Assembly: GCA_964016885.1 (NCBI GenBank)
Contig: OZ024755.1
Span: 30,194,001 to 30,258,000, forward strand
DNA: 64,000 bases
From: Eledone cirrhosa
Lineage: Eukaryota
Reading direction: 5' to 3'
The notes under the pieces were generated by a model. That model searched no databases and had not been told where the DNA came from. It was given only the letters and a program-made list of their open reading frames with translations. Below, one piece after another: positions 32,857-45,921 of the stretch. The position numbers and the translations under genes are program-made. The stretch's first letter is position 1; every line of letters starts with the position of its first letter.

Positions 32857-34134
32857 TATTATCCCGATTGATATTATTCATTGATAACATAGAATTGAAA
32901 AATATGATGACAACATTTCTTAGTTTAATTTCAGCTAATATTTAAAAACCTTTGTCGCCGTAATCATGTTCAACACCTTCGAAAGCGCATCGATGCAAAA
33001 TTCAATTAACATAAACATTATTAAAGAAGGTATAACGAAACAAATGCGGGTGGGTTGTGTAGCTTAGATTGTTATTATGCTTTATGCTGTATTCAAAATA
33101 TCTAAATCAATCGTTGAAAATATTTTGCAGAATTTGTTTTATTTCAGTTAAATGCGAAACGTGAGGTTTAAAAGGTTGGTCGGATGTGTTGCCAGCAGCC
33201 AATACCGGTTTATTAACAAACAATCCTGACAAACAGAAACGATTGAGTTAGCTAGTTGTCCAATAGTCGTGACTCGTGCACACAGAGATACTGTCAATTG
33301 TACTCAGATAAAATTGATGTTAAAATACTTCGATAGAATATGATACTCTAAATCAATGGTTCTCAACCCTTTTTTTACCTATGGCTAGAGAACGGGTCGA
33401 AAATGGTGGAAAGCCATACGGACACAATATATGATGGTTAGTTGCGATAAAAACGGATATAATGGTTAGTTGCAGAGGAATAAAGAACCCGGACCATCAG
33501 TGGTAAATTACTAGGGGAGATGAAGCAGTGGATGACACCTTTAGCTCCCAAGAAAACACTCATAACTCAGATTTAGGATTCGGTAATCAGAAGAGAAGTG
33601 TGTGTAAAAGCCAAACTCGCTATCTTCAATTCGGTATTTGTGTCAACTCTTATCTACCTTCATAAATCTTGGGTAATGACCGAAAATATATGGTCATGAA
33701 TATAAAGGGCCAAAATTGGGTGCCCCCGAGGGGCCTTTGGTGTGACGTTACTCGACAGATTGCTAAGCCCGGAGATCAGAGAGTTGCTCCTTCTCCGAAT
33801 TGAAAGATCACAGCTCCCACCCACATCCTTTAGCCCCGTCCCCCACACACCCACATACCCCTACACAGCCCACACACATACACACCTACACCTGTCACCT
33901 CCTTACCACACCCCTCTTTTACCCCACCACAGCACCCACGATTACCCGTCTCTTCTTTTGCCTAGTTACTTTTATTTATCGTGACACATCTCATTCCATA
34001 TCACGTGGTTATTCTCGCAATCCTTTGTTTTGTTATCTCCCATACCATCTTGTTGAGCTGTTTAAAACCGGCTCAAAGTTTCTTCCCTGATCGTCACATG
34101 CAAGATGTATTTATACGTGTAAATATTTACATAT

Positions 34135-34325
34135 AATTGTATCTACTTTTGGCACAAGGCCAGCAATTATCCAAGTGCATTACTGGTACTTTATTTTATT
34201 GACCCCGTAAGGATGTAAGGCAAAGTTAACCTCAACGTGATTTGAACTCAGACCGCCGTAAAGAGACGTAACTATGCTAGAAAGCATGGCGTCCGATCAT
34301 ATACCGATACTGCCAATTCATCGAC
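34135..34325 (-). mobile_element. SINE family 1
   Basis: Full-length match to other copies. Confidence 0.88.
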
Positions 34326-35112
34326 CTATGTACATATAATATGTGTGTATATATATGTTTGTGTATACTATTTGCTGTTGTAGACTATCACCAGTTTGCT
34401 CGGAATCTATGGCTTCACTGATATTTTCACTGACGGAAGTTGTCTCTCTCTCTCTTCATACTGCTGACCTCTCTCTCTTCCTAAGTGCTGCCGTGAAGAA
34501 TAGTAGGTCAGTGTTTTCATAAAAACTATACAAGAAACAATAAAATCAAAGCAATTATGAAAATAGAATAAGATTTAAAAAATTAAATTTTCTTCAGATT
34601 TTATTTTTCCTTGTCATCAGAGAAATCATATTAGAAGAGTTAGAAAAGAAAAAAAAATATCGAAGAATTTAAGATCACAAAATATATTTTAAAATTGAAA
34701 TTAGATATTCTCTGTTTTTTAGTGACTATTTCAGTTGATAAAGTAAAATAATTTATTGATAGGAAAAGTATACGCTTGGACAGTATCCCCATATTGATCA
34801 AATATTTGTGAAAAACCAGAAGGAAAACGAAATAACAGAAATGGAAGGAATTTGCTGCATCAATGCTTGGAAAGGCTTGTCATGTAGAAACCCCTAATAT
34901 ATATATATATATATATATATTGCACAAAGCAATTCTGCAATGTGTCTCCAATATTCGTTGTTTAGTTGGAAAGTACGAAATTAAACATAATAATAATGAG
35001 ACTTATAAACAGGATGAAGACTGGACTACCGACTGCTTCAATTACACCACCACTCTGGAAAGAAATTCGAGAAATTATAATAAAAATTAAATAACAACAA
35101 CAATAATAATAA

Positions 35113-35301
35113 TAATTGTTTCTACGTTAGGCACAAGGCCGGCAATTACCCAGTGCATTACTGGTACTTTATTCCATCGACCCCGTAAGGATGAAAGGCA
35201 AAGTCAACCTCGGCGGGATTTGAACTCAGATCGTAAAGGGACGTAACTATGCTGGAAAGCATAGTGTCCGACCCTCTAACGATACTGCCAATCCACCGCC
35301 C
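35113..35301 (-). mobile_element. SINE family 1
   Basis: Full-length; A and B boxes intact; head-to-head with 35516-35705. Confidence 0.9.
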
Positions 35302-35515
35302 ACAACAATAATAATAATAAAATCAATGAAGTCATCAAGATCTTTAAATACTAAATTGTGATCTGGGCAGAAACCTACATATTTTGATGTGGTTAAAACC
35401 GAGAAACGACAAAAAAAGTAGAACTCGATAGCCTTATAACATATATCACTTTCCACATTATATATGATATACAATGTTTCAAGCAAACTACAAAGTTTTA
35501 TTATACTCTTTTAAA

Positions 35516-35705
35516 GGGCGGTGAATTGTCAGTATCGGTAGAGGGTTGGACGCCATGTTTTCTAGCATAGTTACGTCCCTTTACAGTCTGAGTTCAAATC
35601 CCGCCGAGGTTAACTTTGCCTTTCATCCTTACGGGGTCGATAAAATAAAGTACCAGTAATGTACTGGATAATTGCTGGCCTTGTGCCTAAAGTAGAAACA
35701 ATTAT
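35516..35705 (+). mobile_element. SINE family 1
   Basis: GGGCGGTGAATTGTCAGTATCGG...GAGTTCAAATCC...AGTAGAAACAATTAT. Confidence 0.9.
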
Positions 35706-37171
35706 AATCTATTAAAAATAGCGACAATAAAGGCTTCTTTGGGCAGCCTGGCATATAATATGTCGGGACATAAGTTGCTTAGAGGAAAAATCTCGTAGGA
35801 GAAATATGTTATTAGGGCAAGTGCCTGCCTACTCGAACAACACAAATGGGCAAGTAGCATAGTAGCATACGCCTGTATTGCTAAAAATGGTTCTGCACGT
35901 GAACAGTAGAATAGATTTGAGACAAATGCATCAGACATATATGTCAAAATAAAAGATGTAGTTTCCATCAATCATCGCAAAATAAATGGAAATATCTCCC
36001 TTGTTTCCAACTATGAGGACGAAATGAGAGATAAGCAGGTTTGGTGAATTAGTAGTGAAATTAAACCAGTGGCTTGTTGTCATCGCTGTACAGTAATATA
36101 CGTAGGTTGTGAGTGCAAAGAACTCGAAAAATAGTAAGGGCTAATATGAAAGTCACATAGCTATTCTAGACTTGTGCTTTATTGCGAGGGCTATTAAAAT
36201 GAGAGTGTTACACTAGTGGCAGTAAAAACAGGTTGTGGTCTTTCAATACTAGACAGTGAGATTCAATGACCTCAGATTCCGGAGGCCGCTGTCCCAAGAA
36301 CCTCATCAATCGCACAATGAAGTGTACCTACGAGAATAGTAAAATCTTGCTTCTAACAAAACGGAGACCAAGCCGAGATGGCGGAGTATTGTAGTACTAC
36401 AAAAGTCAGATAAAAGAGAATTAAAAACAGGTCCCCAAACAGAAATGCCTACCGCATGCGAAAGGAAATAAAACGTGCTGGGGTGTGATATTGATGAAGA
36501 TCATGGTAGTTAACTATAACTTTAAACCGGAGTAAACAAAATGGATGCTTCATGCCATGCTATTGGGGCACATTTTTTCATGGTGTGGTGATAGGAGATC
36601 GTCACTCTTACCACTAAGACATGTGTCGTCTCCCAGTAGTCCTCTTATAACGTACAATGTGTGTGGTGTGTATTCGTGTGTTTGGGGAATATGTTATACA
36701 TACGAGAGGGGTCCGACAACCAACCTTATCTTCATCGAAGAATCTTTATTGCTCGACGCAAAATTCCATTTACACATGTTGTTTTCTTTTTTATTGTCCC
36801 GTGCCCAGCAACACATACCTCTTTTACCAATAACGAAAATCATTATAATCAGCATATCTTTCTACATATTAGTTAATAAAGGCAGAAAAACACCAATGAC
36901 TTGAGTTAGCACGTCCGTGATTAATAGCAGAAAATGCGGAAGTAATTCTCAGACAGGTTACATATCTTGAATGTTAGGTATCAAATTTGCTTTGTTAAAT
37001 GCAGTCAAACGCCTAATTGTTGTGTTTAAGCATGCAACATATTTGATAATCTATCATTAATCCTACGACGTGTGTAGGCAAACCACTAATTTAATTTACT
37101 AATGCAAAGGCAAAGAACTATAGAAAAACAGTATGATCAACAGACGTAAACGTTTATATTTGTCTTCTTAC

Positions 37172-37251
37172 CGCAGGTGTCGTGGTGTTCGACGCTGGAG
37201 GAGCTGTTGGAGCTGTGGTATTGGCTACCGTCGTCGTATTAGCAGCCATCA
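37172..37251 (-). CDS. Coding exon 2 of a putative small mucin-like N-glycoprotein
   Basis: TTTTTTATCCATATCAG acceptor and GCG|GTAAGA donor; phase 1 matches exon 1; encodes (V)MAANTTTVANTTAPTAPPASNTTTPA with three N-T-T sequons. Confidence 0.7.
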
Positions 37252-37386
37252 CTGATATGGATAAAAAACAGACATATATATATATGTATATACAAATAGA
37301 GAGAGAGAGAGAGAGTGAGGGTGATAAAAAGCAAATAAATGTACTTATATCTTATTATACACACACACACACACACATATATATAT

Positions 37387-37929
37387 ATTGTTATACTTTG
37401 GGAGGGTCATGTTGCCAATAGGAAACACACGCACCAGTTGCTTTCACTTCAATTTATTATATATTTATAAATTTACAAATGTATAAATCTATAAATTTCT
37501 GGTTGGTTCGTTGGTTCCACAACCAGATAGTTGTTTATATATAGTCATAGTTCTTTCGTCACACACTCTGTGACCTCTTCAGTGACTGGGGATTCCTTTC
37601 TTTGTTTCTGTGCCTCTCCTTTGTTCTGTCCTACGCCATTTTGTTTCTGTGTGTGTGTTGTGTGCTCAGTCTGCGCATGCGCCACATCCGGGTGTGTGAC
37701 GAAAGAACTATGACTATATATAAACAACTATCTGGTTGTGGAACCAACCAACCAACCAGAAATTTATAGATTTATAAATTTGTAAATTTATAAATATATA
37801 ATAAATTGAAGTGAAAGCAACTGGTGCGTGTGTTTCCTATTGGCAACATGACCCTCCCAAAGTATAACAATATCGGTTTCAACACACGATTTCAGATAAA
37901 GAATCTTGCTAAACAAATTCAAAAACGAA
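37387..37929 (+). mobile_element. Fold-back element family A (intronic); hammerhead on minus strand 37543-37587, half motif on plus strand from 37692
   Basis: Same start nucleotide and 3' tail as 16753-17611; the direct copy resumes inside hammerhead stem II. Confidence 0.85.
37543..37587 (-). ncRNA. Hammerhead ribozyme motif (family A)
   Basis: Identical to 16910-16954. Confidence 0.7.
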
Positions 37930-38975
37930 ATATATATACATACATATATGCATGCATGCGCAGACAGGCAAAACCACACGTATACACACATGCATAACTC
38001 AAAGTAATTTATCAATTTTTCCAGTACGCCTACATCTATACAGAAGGAAATGTGTATTAGCTATACAGACTAATTAATTTTAACTAATATTCATATACTA
38101 AACGTGAAAAATATTTCCTTAATTATGTAACTCGTCCTCCAAGAGCTTCTTACCAAAATATTTTAACACTATTTTTAATGTTATAATGGTTTCCGTTACC
38201 TTCCTTTCTAATATCCTTATTTTCAGCCCCTGATGAGACGCGTTTTTTTATTACGCTAAATGAAATCAATGGTGGTAACTGATCATTATCCATTTCATCC
38301 ATATTTTTTTAATGTTTATTTCAGATAAATTTACATTTTATTGTTATATATTGCATACTACAAGCATATTTCATAATGTACTAATATTATAATAATTTTG
38401 CTCTCGTTGTATTAGCAAATCCGTTAGCATGTCGGAGAAAATGCTTTACACTGAGTGTCCAGATCTTTTACATTCAGTGTCCAAATCCCATGGGGGTCAA
38501 CTTTGCCTGATATCCCTCTGGGGATGACAAAATAAAGTATTGTAGTCTATTTAATCAACGATTTATTCTCTATAAATTTCTAGCTTTCTACCTATGTTAG
38601 AAACAATTATTTTTATTTATATTTCAGAGCTATGAGTAACCTTACAGCTCAATAAATCATTTCCTATAATTTCCTGTTTTATAGTTTTATAGTCATGACA
38701 CATAGCACACTTTAAAACTACTTATTAGAAAGCCTCAGTGTCTTTACTCCTACACGTACTCACATCACTATTTTATTTCTCTTCTAGAATATATTTTATG
38801 ATTTTATCTATGAGTTTTTCGAATAAAATATTCTAATTATAAATAACTTACTGGGACAGTCATCAGTATAATGTGGAAGAGAAATAGAAACTTATGAGTA
38901 GCCACTCACGGAATATCCGACTTCGGTTAATTACAAATACATTTGTGTGATTATATATTAATTATTAGCGTTTTG

Positions 38976-39680
38976 GGGCGGTGGATTAACAGTATCTGTA
39001 GAGCGTCAGACACCATGCTTTGCAGCATATAGTTATGACCCTTTATGTTCTGAGTTCAAATCCCGCCATGGTTAGCTTTGCCCTTCATCCTTACGGGCTC
39101 GATAAAATAAAGCACCAGTAATGCACTGGGGTAGATTTAATTGACTTTCCACCTCTCTTCAAATTGCTGGCCTTGTGCCTAAAGCAGAAACAATTATTAG
39201 TATTTTTAGTTAAATCGGGTAAATGGCAACAGTGCGGATGGATTGTACCAGTAATTCAAGGGACCACCTTCGTCACATTTTATGTCAAGCTTATTTGACC
39301 TGAAGGTCAATTAGTGTGCACGTGACAGATTAATTTCGAACAACTGTTCATCACCCTTCGTAATGATAACATAAATAATTGTTTCTACTTTTGGCACAAG
39401 GCCAGCAATTACCTCAGTACATTACTGGTACTTTATTTTATCGACCCTGTAAGGATGAAAGGCAAAGTCAACCTCGGTGGGATTTGAACTCAGATCGTAA
39501 AGGGACGTAACTATGCTGGAAAGATAAATAATGATTTCTGATTTAGGCACAAAGCCATCTATTTTGGGGAGAAGGGGAAAGTCGATTTAATCGACACCAG
39601 TACGTTACTGGTACTTTATTCTATTGACCCCATAAGGATAAAAGTCAAAGCTTACCTAGGCGAGATTTGAACTCAGAACA
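38976..39680. mobile_element. Three SINE family 1 copies (38976-39198 +, 39377-39525 -, 39532-39680 -)
   Basis: B-box and central domain are present in each. Confidence 0.85.
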
Positions 39681-39754
39681 ATGATAACATTAAATAAATG
39701 TGTCGATCGACTTTCGTCAAATCGGACCGCTAGTCTTTCCAATTGCTAATACTA

Positions 39755-39900
39755 TCTATCGGTCGCAACTCCACGTGGAAGGAGCAGCGTGAAATAAAGT
39801 GTCTTGCTCAAGGACATACGCATCGCCCGGTCCAGGAATCGAACTCACAACTTGACGATTGCGAATCCAGTTCTATAACCAATCAGTCACACGCAATCAC
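39755..39900 (-). mobile_element. SINE family 2 (tRNA head plus CORE/V-like domain); second copy at 46560-46720
   Basis: Minus strand GTGAGTTCGATTC (B-box) followed by GTCCTTGAGCAAGACACTTTATTTCAC. Confidence 0.7.
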
Positions 39901-39952
39901 TTGATAACATTAATAATAGAAATATAACATGATTATATTAAATATATATATA

Positions 39953-40190
39953 CAAGGTGAACAGAATGTCTTTCTCTAATTATAAAATACCATATCTCGG
40001 ATACTATTTGAGATTTTACTTTTTCATTGTTTTAATTTATAAATTCCAAGTTTAATGTTTTTCTCAATATGTTTCACAGGAAGTAGTTGTAATTTTCAGT
40101 AACAAAATGGCATCTATGAAACAAAAATCTCAGTGTATTTTGTAGTTTCACGAAACAAAATCGACAAGGAAAGACTTTATGCTCACCCTG
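39953..40190 (+). mobile_element. Internally deleted Tc1/mariner element
   Basis: TIRs CAAGGTGAACAGAATGTCTTTC / GAAAGACTTTATGCTCACCCTG with TA flanks; remnant transposase start MASMKQKSQCIL*FHETKS. Confidence 0.7.
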
Positions 40191-41559
40191 TATAATGTAA
40201 AGTAATATATATGTATATTTATCTAAGGCGGTGAAATGTCGTTAGTGTGTCGTTTTGGTGTATTTTGTCCGACTCTGTGAAGTCTGATTTCAAATCCCAT
40301 CGCAATTAACTTGGCTATTCATCCTTTCATGTTCAATTCAATAAAATACAAATTCCGTACTAAGGTTGATTCTTTTCTCCATCCGTCTGTTTCTCCTTCT
40401 CTTTCACTCTGTCTCTTCTTTCTCTCTGTCTCTCTCTCACACACACACTCCCTCTTTTTCTCTCTGGAAGAAAGATGTATTCGGAGGGAAGGAATTCTGT
40501 CAGAGGGAGGGAAGTGTTTTGATGTTACGACGACACCTCTATTACTGCATTAGAAGCTGAGATCTCAAGGGAAGGAGGCTAAGTGACAGAATATAAAGCA
40601 GATGAAACGACAGCATAGTAGCCTGCTCTTTGGTTAAACATTCCTAGTATTTTAAAGGTGTGGTTGAGATGAAAAGTTGATAACTTTGCCTTTCTTTAGA
40701 TTATTATGTGCCATAAATGAAATAAAACATATTCAGTTATTGATTGAACGGGTGATGAAGCCTAAATAGCATTTGTCGAAAATATATATCCCTCTCTATG
40801 GTATTGTACGTCAAGCTGTCATCTATGTTTACACAATTATAATGAACATCTATATATAATTGAAACCTAATATTTTAAATCCATTTCTTTAAGCAGTGCT
40901 TAATATCCAAACGTGGATTGATTCATATTCACAATGTAGTCAGTATCCTATGTATAAATTATTCCTTTTCTGTCATATCAAGGAAGACGTTAAAGTCCTA
41001 GATTAAAACAAACAAATTAAATCAACGAAAAATAACAAGTTGTTTATATAACAAGGTAAGGCTAAGCTATCCTGCTATAAATAGAAGCCAAATATACCTT
41101 AAATCACACATTACCATCTTATTTTAAAATAAATAAATAAAGAAACAAAAACAATAATAGATAATTTAATTATATATCACACCATCCTGTGTTTTTACGC
41201 CTGAAAAATATTACGATGGTAAGAATAGTCTTTGATCACAGGTCTACTATTCACCACTAGGTGGAGATAAACTTTAACAACCGACATGACTACCACAGCC
41301 ATTAGAATCGTCACGAAAAACAATAAATAGGATTGAATTTTCGTTCATTCGACATTTTGTTTCAGAAAACAACCGTGACATTTATCAGAGTAGGTCGAAT
41401 TTCATTCAAAGCTTTCATTTTGATATACATATATAATTTGCTTTGATTTTCTAGTCAGTCAATATATTCATGTCTTAGGTTATTGTATCACCATTTAACG
41501 TGTTTGGTGTATACATATATTTATTCTCAGTTGTTCATTATTATTAATATTATTCGAGT

Positions 41560-42130
41560 CAGTGTATTACTGGTACTTTATTTTATCGACCCCGTAAGGA
41601 TGAAAGGCAAAGCTAGCCTCGGCGGGATTTGAACTCAGACCGTAAAGGGCCATGACTCTATGCTGCAAAGCATGACATCCGACCCTCTACCGATATTGAC
41701 AATCCACCGTGGCAGTTGTTAATAATTGTTTCTACTTTTGGCACAAGGCCAGCAATTATCCCAGTGCATTACTGGTACTTTATTTTATCAACCCCGTAAG
41801 GATGAAAGCAAAGTTAATCCCGCCGAGGTTAACTTTGCCTTTCATCCTTACGGGGTCGATAAAATAAAGCACCAGTAATGCACTGGGGTCGATTTAATCG
41901 ACTTTCCTCTACTCCAAATTGCTGGCCTTGTGCCTATAGTAGAAATCATTATTACTATTAGGGCAGTGGATTGGCATTATCAGTAGAGTGTCGGACAGCA
42001 TGCTTTGCAGCATAGTGTTATGGCCCTTTATATTCTGTGTTCAAAGTACCAGTCACGCACAGGGGTCGATTTAATCGATTTTACTCTCCCTCAAAATTGC
42101 TAGCCTTATGCCTAAATCTGAAACCCTTAT
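41560..42130. mobile_element. Cluster of four SINE family 1 fragments, including an inverted fusion at ~41820
   Basis: 41560-41710 (-), 41724-41820 (-), 41818-41955 (+), 41960-42130 (+). Confidence 0.85.
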
Positions 42131-42157
42131 TGTAGTAATAGTAGTAGTAGAATTTAC

Positions 42158-42221
42158 CTGTAGTCAGTGTGACCAAGCTAAATAGTACGACAAATTTGAA
42201 AACTGTTGACAATTGATACAT
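42158..42221 (-). CDS. Coding exon 1 (signal peptide) of a putative small glycoprotein
   Basis: AAAATG start; MYQLSTVFKFVVLFSLVTLTT; CAG|GTAAAT phase-1 donor; upstream acceptor TTTTCTACTTATTCAAG at 42270. Confidence 0.68.
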
Positions 42222-42466
42222 TTTCCGTCCTTTTGGATGTTTCTTAATAAATCTGGATAATGAAGTTACCTTGAATAAGTAGAAAAAGAGACACAAAATG
42301 AAATAACTCTATGGATATAATAAAAGTAGAACAGAAGAGTAGAAAACAATAAATATCAGAAAAAAACACTTGCGTAGTTTTACTCTACGGAAAGTTCTCT
42401 CGCCCGTTCTTTTCTGGGCTTTTCTTCGTAGATTCTTCTTTGCTTTTCATTTAACCCTTTAGCATT

Positions 42467-43037
42467 AACATTATTCTATATTCAGTATTGTAATTTCACG
42501 GTAAAGGCTTTACCTCACATAATATCTCACATAACATTTACATTATTCTATATTTACTATTGTATTTTCACGGTAAAGGCTTTACCTCACATAATATCTC
42601 ACATAACATTTACATTATTCTATATTTACTATTGTATTTTCACGGTAAAGGCTTTACCTCACATAATATCTCACATAACATTTACATTATTCTATATTTA
42701 CTATTGTATTTTCACGGTAAAGGCTTTACCTCACATAATATCTCACATAACATTTACATTATTCTATATTTACTATTGTAATTTCACGGTAAAGGCTTTA
42801 CCTCACATAATATCTCACATAACATTTACATTATTCTATATTTACTATTGTATTTTCACGGTAAAGGCTTTACCTCACATAATATCTCACATAACATTTA
42901 CATTATTCTATATATACTATTGTATGTTCACGGTAAAGGCTTTACCTCACATAATATCTCTCATAACATTTACATTATTCTATATTTACTATTGAATTTT
43001 CACGGTAAAGGCTTTGCTTCACATAATTATCTCACAT
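42467..43037. repeat. Minisatellite, 72-bp unit, about 8 copies
   Basis: CACGGTAAAGGCTTTACCTCACATAATATCTCACATAACATTTACATTATTCTATATTTACTATTGTATTTT. Confidence 0.95.
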
Positions 43038-43430
43038 GATATTAAATCTATGGGATTTTGATATTATTTACTTTGAGTGCAATACCATCACATCAGTATA
43101 ATCGTCCGGTTACAGCCGGTTTGAACAGAATGAGGTGAGAGAAGAAGACTACTGTCTGAAAGGTAGAAAGTTTTTAATTACGTTTTCCATATCAGCATTA
43201 AACTGATAAAATATATATTGTGTTCCTTCTGATTTTGTATCCAATTATCTGGATGCTAACGTGTAAACACGGTGCGAATAAAAAATAAAATAAAAAAAAA
43301 ACACGTTTGTTTAGGTTGTGAATTATAACTGCGGTCACCACCCAATCGCCATCGAGAATCCACTATTCATTATATAAAGTACCAGTAATGCATTGGGATA
43401 ATTTCTGGCCTTGTGACAAAAGTAGAAACA

Positions 43431-43473
<43 letters not shown>

Positions 43474-43987
43474 TTCTAGCCAGCTGTCGTAGATGATTGC
43501 GTAACAGTAATGAAACACGTGTTATGTAATATAATATAATAAATCTGTCTTAAATTTCTCCAGTCCTCTTGCCTAGTTTTTCCTAATACTCTATTTATAC
43601 TAAATTACTCCGTGGATTATTGAAATCTTGTACCATATTGGAAGATTTAACATCTATATTATTATATTACATAATTCCATCAACTAAATTGAGAACGCGA
43701 TCTGGTTGGCTGTTCATTTCACTTTTAAATTTGTATAATCAATCAACATCTTTATATATAGATTCACACTAATATTTTATATATAATATCTATCTCTTTA
43801 CTTATCTATCTATCTTTCTTTAGCCCCCCCCCTCTCTGTATTTATCATCAACCAACCAAATCGTATAAAACAAGAAGAATTTTCGAACTCCAACTAGGTG
43901 CTTTTGCTTTTATGATTGCCATTTGAATGCACAGTACATTGCATCTTGATAATTGCTTTATCATTTTATGTATAAATAAATATTAAT

Positions 43988-44175
43988 AATTGTTTCTACT
44001 TTAGGCACAAGGCCAGCAATTACCCAGTGCATTACTGGTACTTTATTTTATCGACCCCGTAAGGATGAAAGGCAAAGTCAACCTCGGCGGGATTTGAACT
44101 CAGATCGTAAAGGGACGTAACTATGCTGGAAAGTATGACGTCCGACCCTCTACCGATACTGCCAATCCACCGCCC
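43988..44175 (-). mobile_element. SINE family 1, full-length
   Basis: A and B boxes, central domain and tail present. Confidence 0.9.
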
Positions 44176-44265
44176 ATAAATAAATATTAATAATACTAAT
44201 CCTTCGTCTTTTTGAATTTCTATTACACACACACACACACACACACATATTTATATGTATATATG

Positions 44266-44318
<53 letters not shown>

Positions 44319-44734
44319 ATATGTATGTTTGTGATGCGCACGCACAGGGAAATGAGTGTCTCTACGTTATTGTGTGTTTGTTTTAAAGTAGCCAAAAAAA
44401 TAAATTGAAAGTGAGATTTAAAGATTAATTGATTGATTGATATACTAGGCGAATGATTGACGTAAAGAGAATTTTATATGGAAAGTAATTGATAGGTGAT
44501 TTAATTGACAGTCTAATAAGCACAGAAAAAAAATGAACGAAGTTGTTGAGATTGATAGACAAAGCAAACGTTATTAGAGAAGGCAGATCATCAGAAACGT
44601 GGCAGACAGACAGACAAGCAGACGAGCTTGGTAGATAGCAAGAAAAATAGTTAGTCTTAGATAAACACATACACAGACATATGTTATATACAGTTGTATG
44701 TATGTATAAACACACACACACGCACATTATATGT

Positions 44735-45030
44735 GGTTAACTTTGCCTTTCATCCTTACGGGGTCGATAAAATAAAGTACCAGTAATGCACTGGGTAATT
44801 GCTGGCCTTGTGCCAAAAGTAGAAACAATTATATGTATATATAATGGCGGTGGATTGGCAGTATCGGTAGAGGGTCGGACGCCATGCTTTCCAGCATAGT
44901 TATGTCCCTTTACGATCTGAGTTCAAATCCCGCCAAGGTTGACTTTGCCTTTCATCCTTACGGGGTCGATAAAATAAAGTACCAGTAATGCACTGGTAAA
45001 TTGCTGGCCTTGTGCCTAAAGTAGAAACAA

Positions 45031-45033
<3 letters not shown>
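44735..45033 (+). mobile_element. SINE family 1: partial copy plus full copy (44846-45033)
   Basis: Direct match to the family consensus. Confidence 0.9.
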
Positions 45034-45071
<38 letters not shown>

Positions 45072-45077
45072 TATATA

Positions 45078-45275
45078 GTAATAATAATAAATGTGAGGGC
45101 TAAAATCCAAAGAGGGCTCGATAAGGATAAATATATATAAAATATATAAGAACCCTAGAGCAAATATTTATTAAAATAACAGATTAAAGTTTAGTCAAAG
45201 AATCGCTGCTTTCACCCTTAACGGGATCTTCTGAAACTCAGCGATTCTTTACTTCAACTTTAATCTGCTATTTTA

Positions 45276-45282
<7 letters not shown>
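45078..45282. mobile_element. Short (TA)n-embedded element family E (also 56567-56712 and 63378-63478)
   Basis: Shared GTAATAATAA..TGAAGACTAAAATCCAAAGAGGGCTCGATAAG start and TTTAATCTGTTATTTTAATAAA end; internal inversion; hammerhead-like CAGAAGA-UCCC..GGGU-GAAA on the minus strand at ~45200-45233. Confidence 0.6.
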
Positions 45283-45324
<42 letters not shown>

Positions 45325-45869
45325 TAAATAGCTTGACAAATTGAACATTGTGGTAGGCAAAACCTAACACACAATACCAGAGCAACGAAAAAAACTAACA
45401 GGTTAATATATATATGTATATATATATATATATATATATGTATATGAAGATGATAATTACCCCCCTCGTTATCGAGTATGGCCATTGCACGATATACCAT
45501 TATCAATAATTATTAATTAATTCCCTCGTGCATGCAGATTTTTTCTAAAGTGAGGAAAGACTGTGCACTGAGCCAATCCCACTCTCTGAGCGACAGTAGC
45601 TCTAACTCGAAGTGAAGAAAAGATCAACATCATCGGTAACTACTGAGCCGCAGGTTTTATACCGGAGTTATTTCATGAGTTGCCTTCTCCTAGAAGAATA
45701 TCCTGACAAAGGCTAGGGGTTCTTCACTCCCAGTGGTTTAACCGCGCGATCGGTTATCCAGCTCGACTATTTCTATGTCCCCGCGCATATATATGCACAT
45801 GCATATACATATATATATATATACATACATATGTGCATATACATATTTACACATTTTTATATATACATG

Positions 45870-45921
<52 letters not shown>

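Noticed and set aside
33090-33226. Strong minus-strand acceptor (CTAAC...TTTGTCAG) as exon 3 of the small gene
   Set aside because: The required phase-0 reading is not convincing and no donor follows; left unassigned.
38222-38282. Hammerhead candidate CTGATGA...GAAA
   Set aside because: Stem II is not adjacent to GAAA and stem I pairs only after a large internal loop; could be chance or very decayed.
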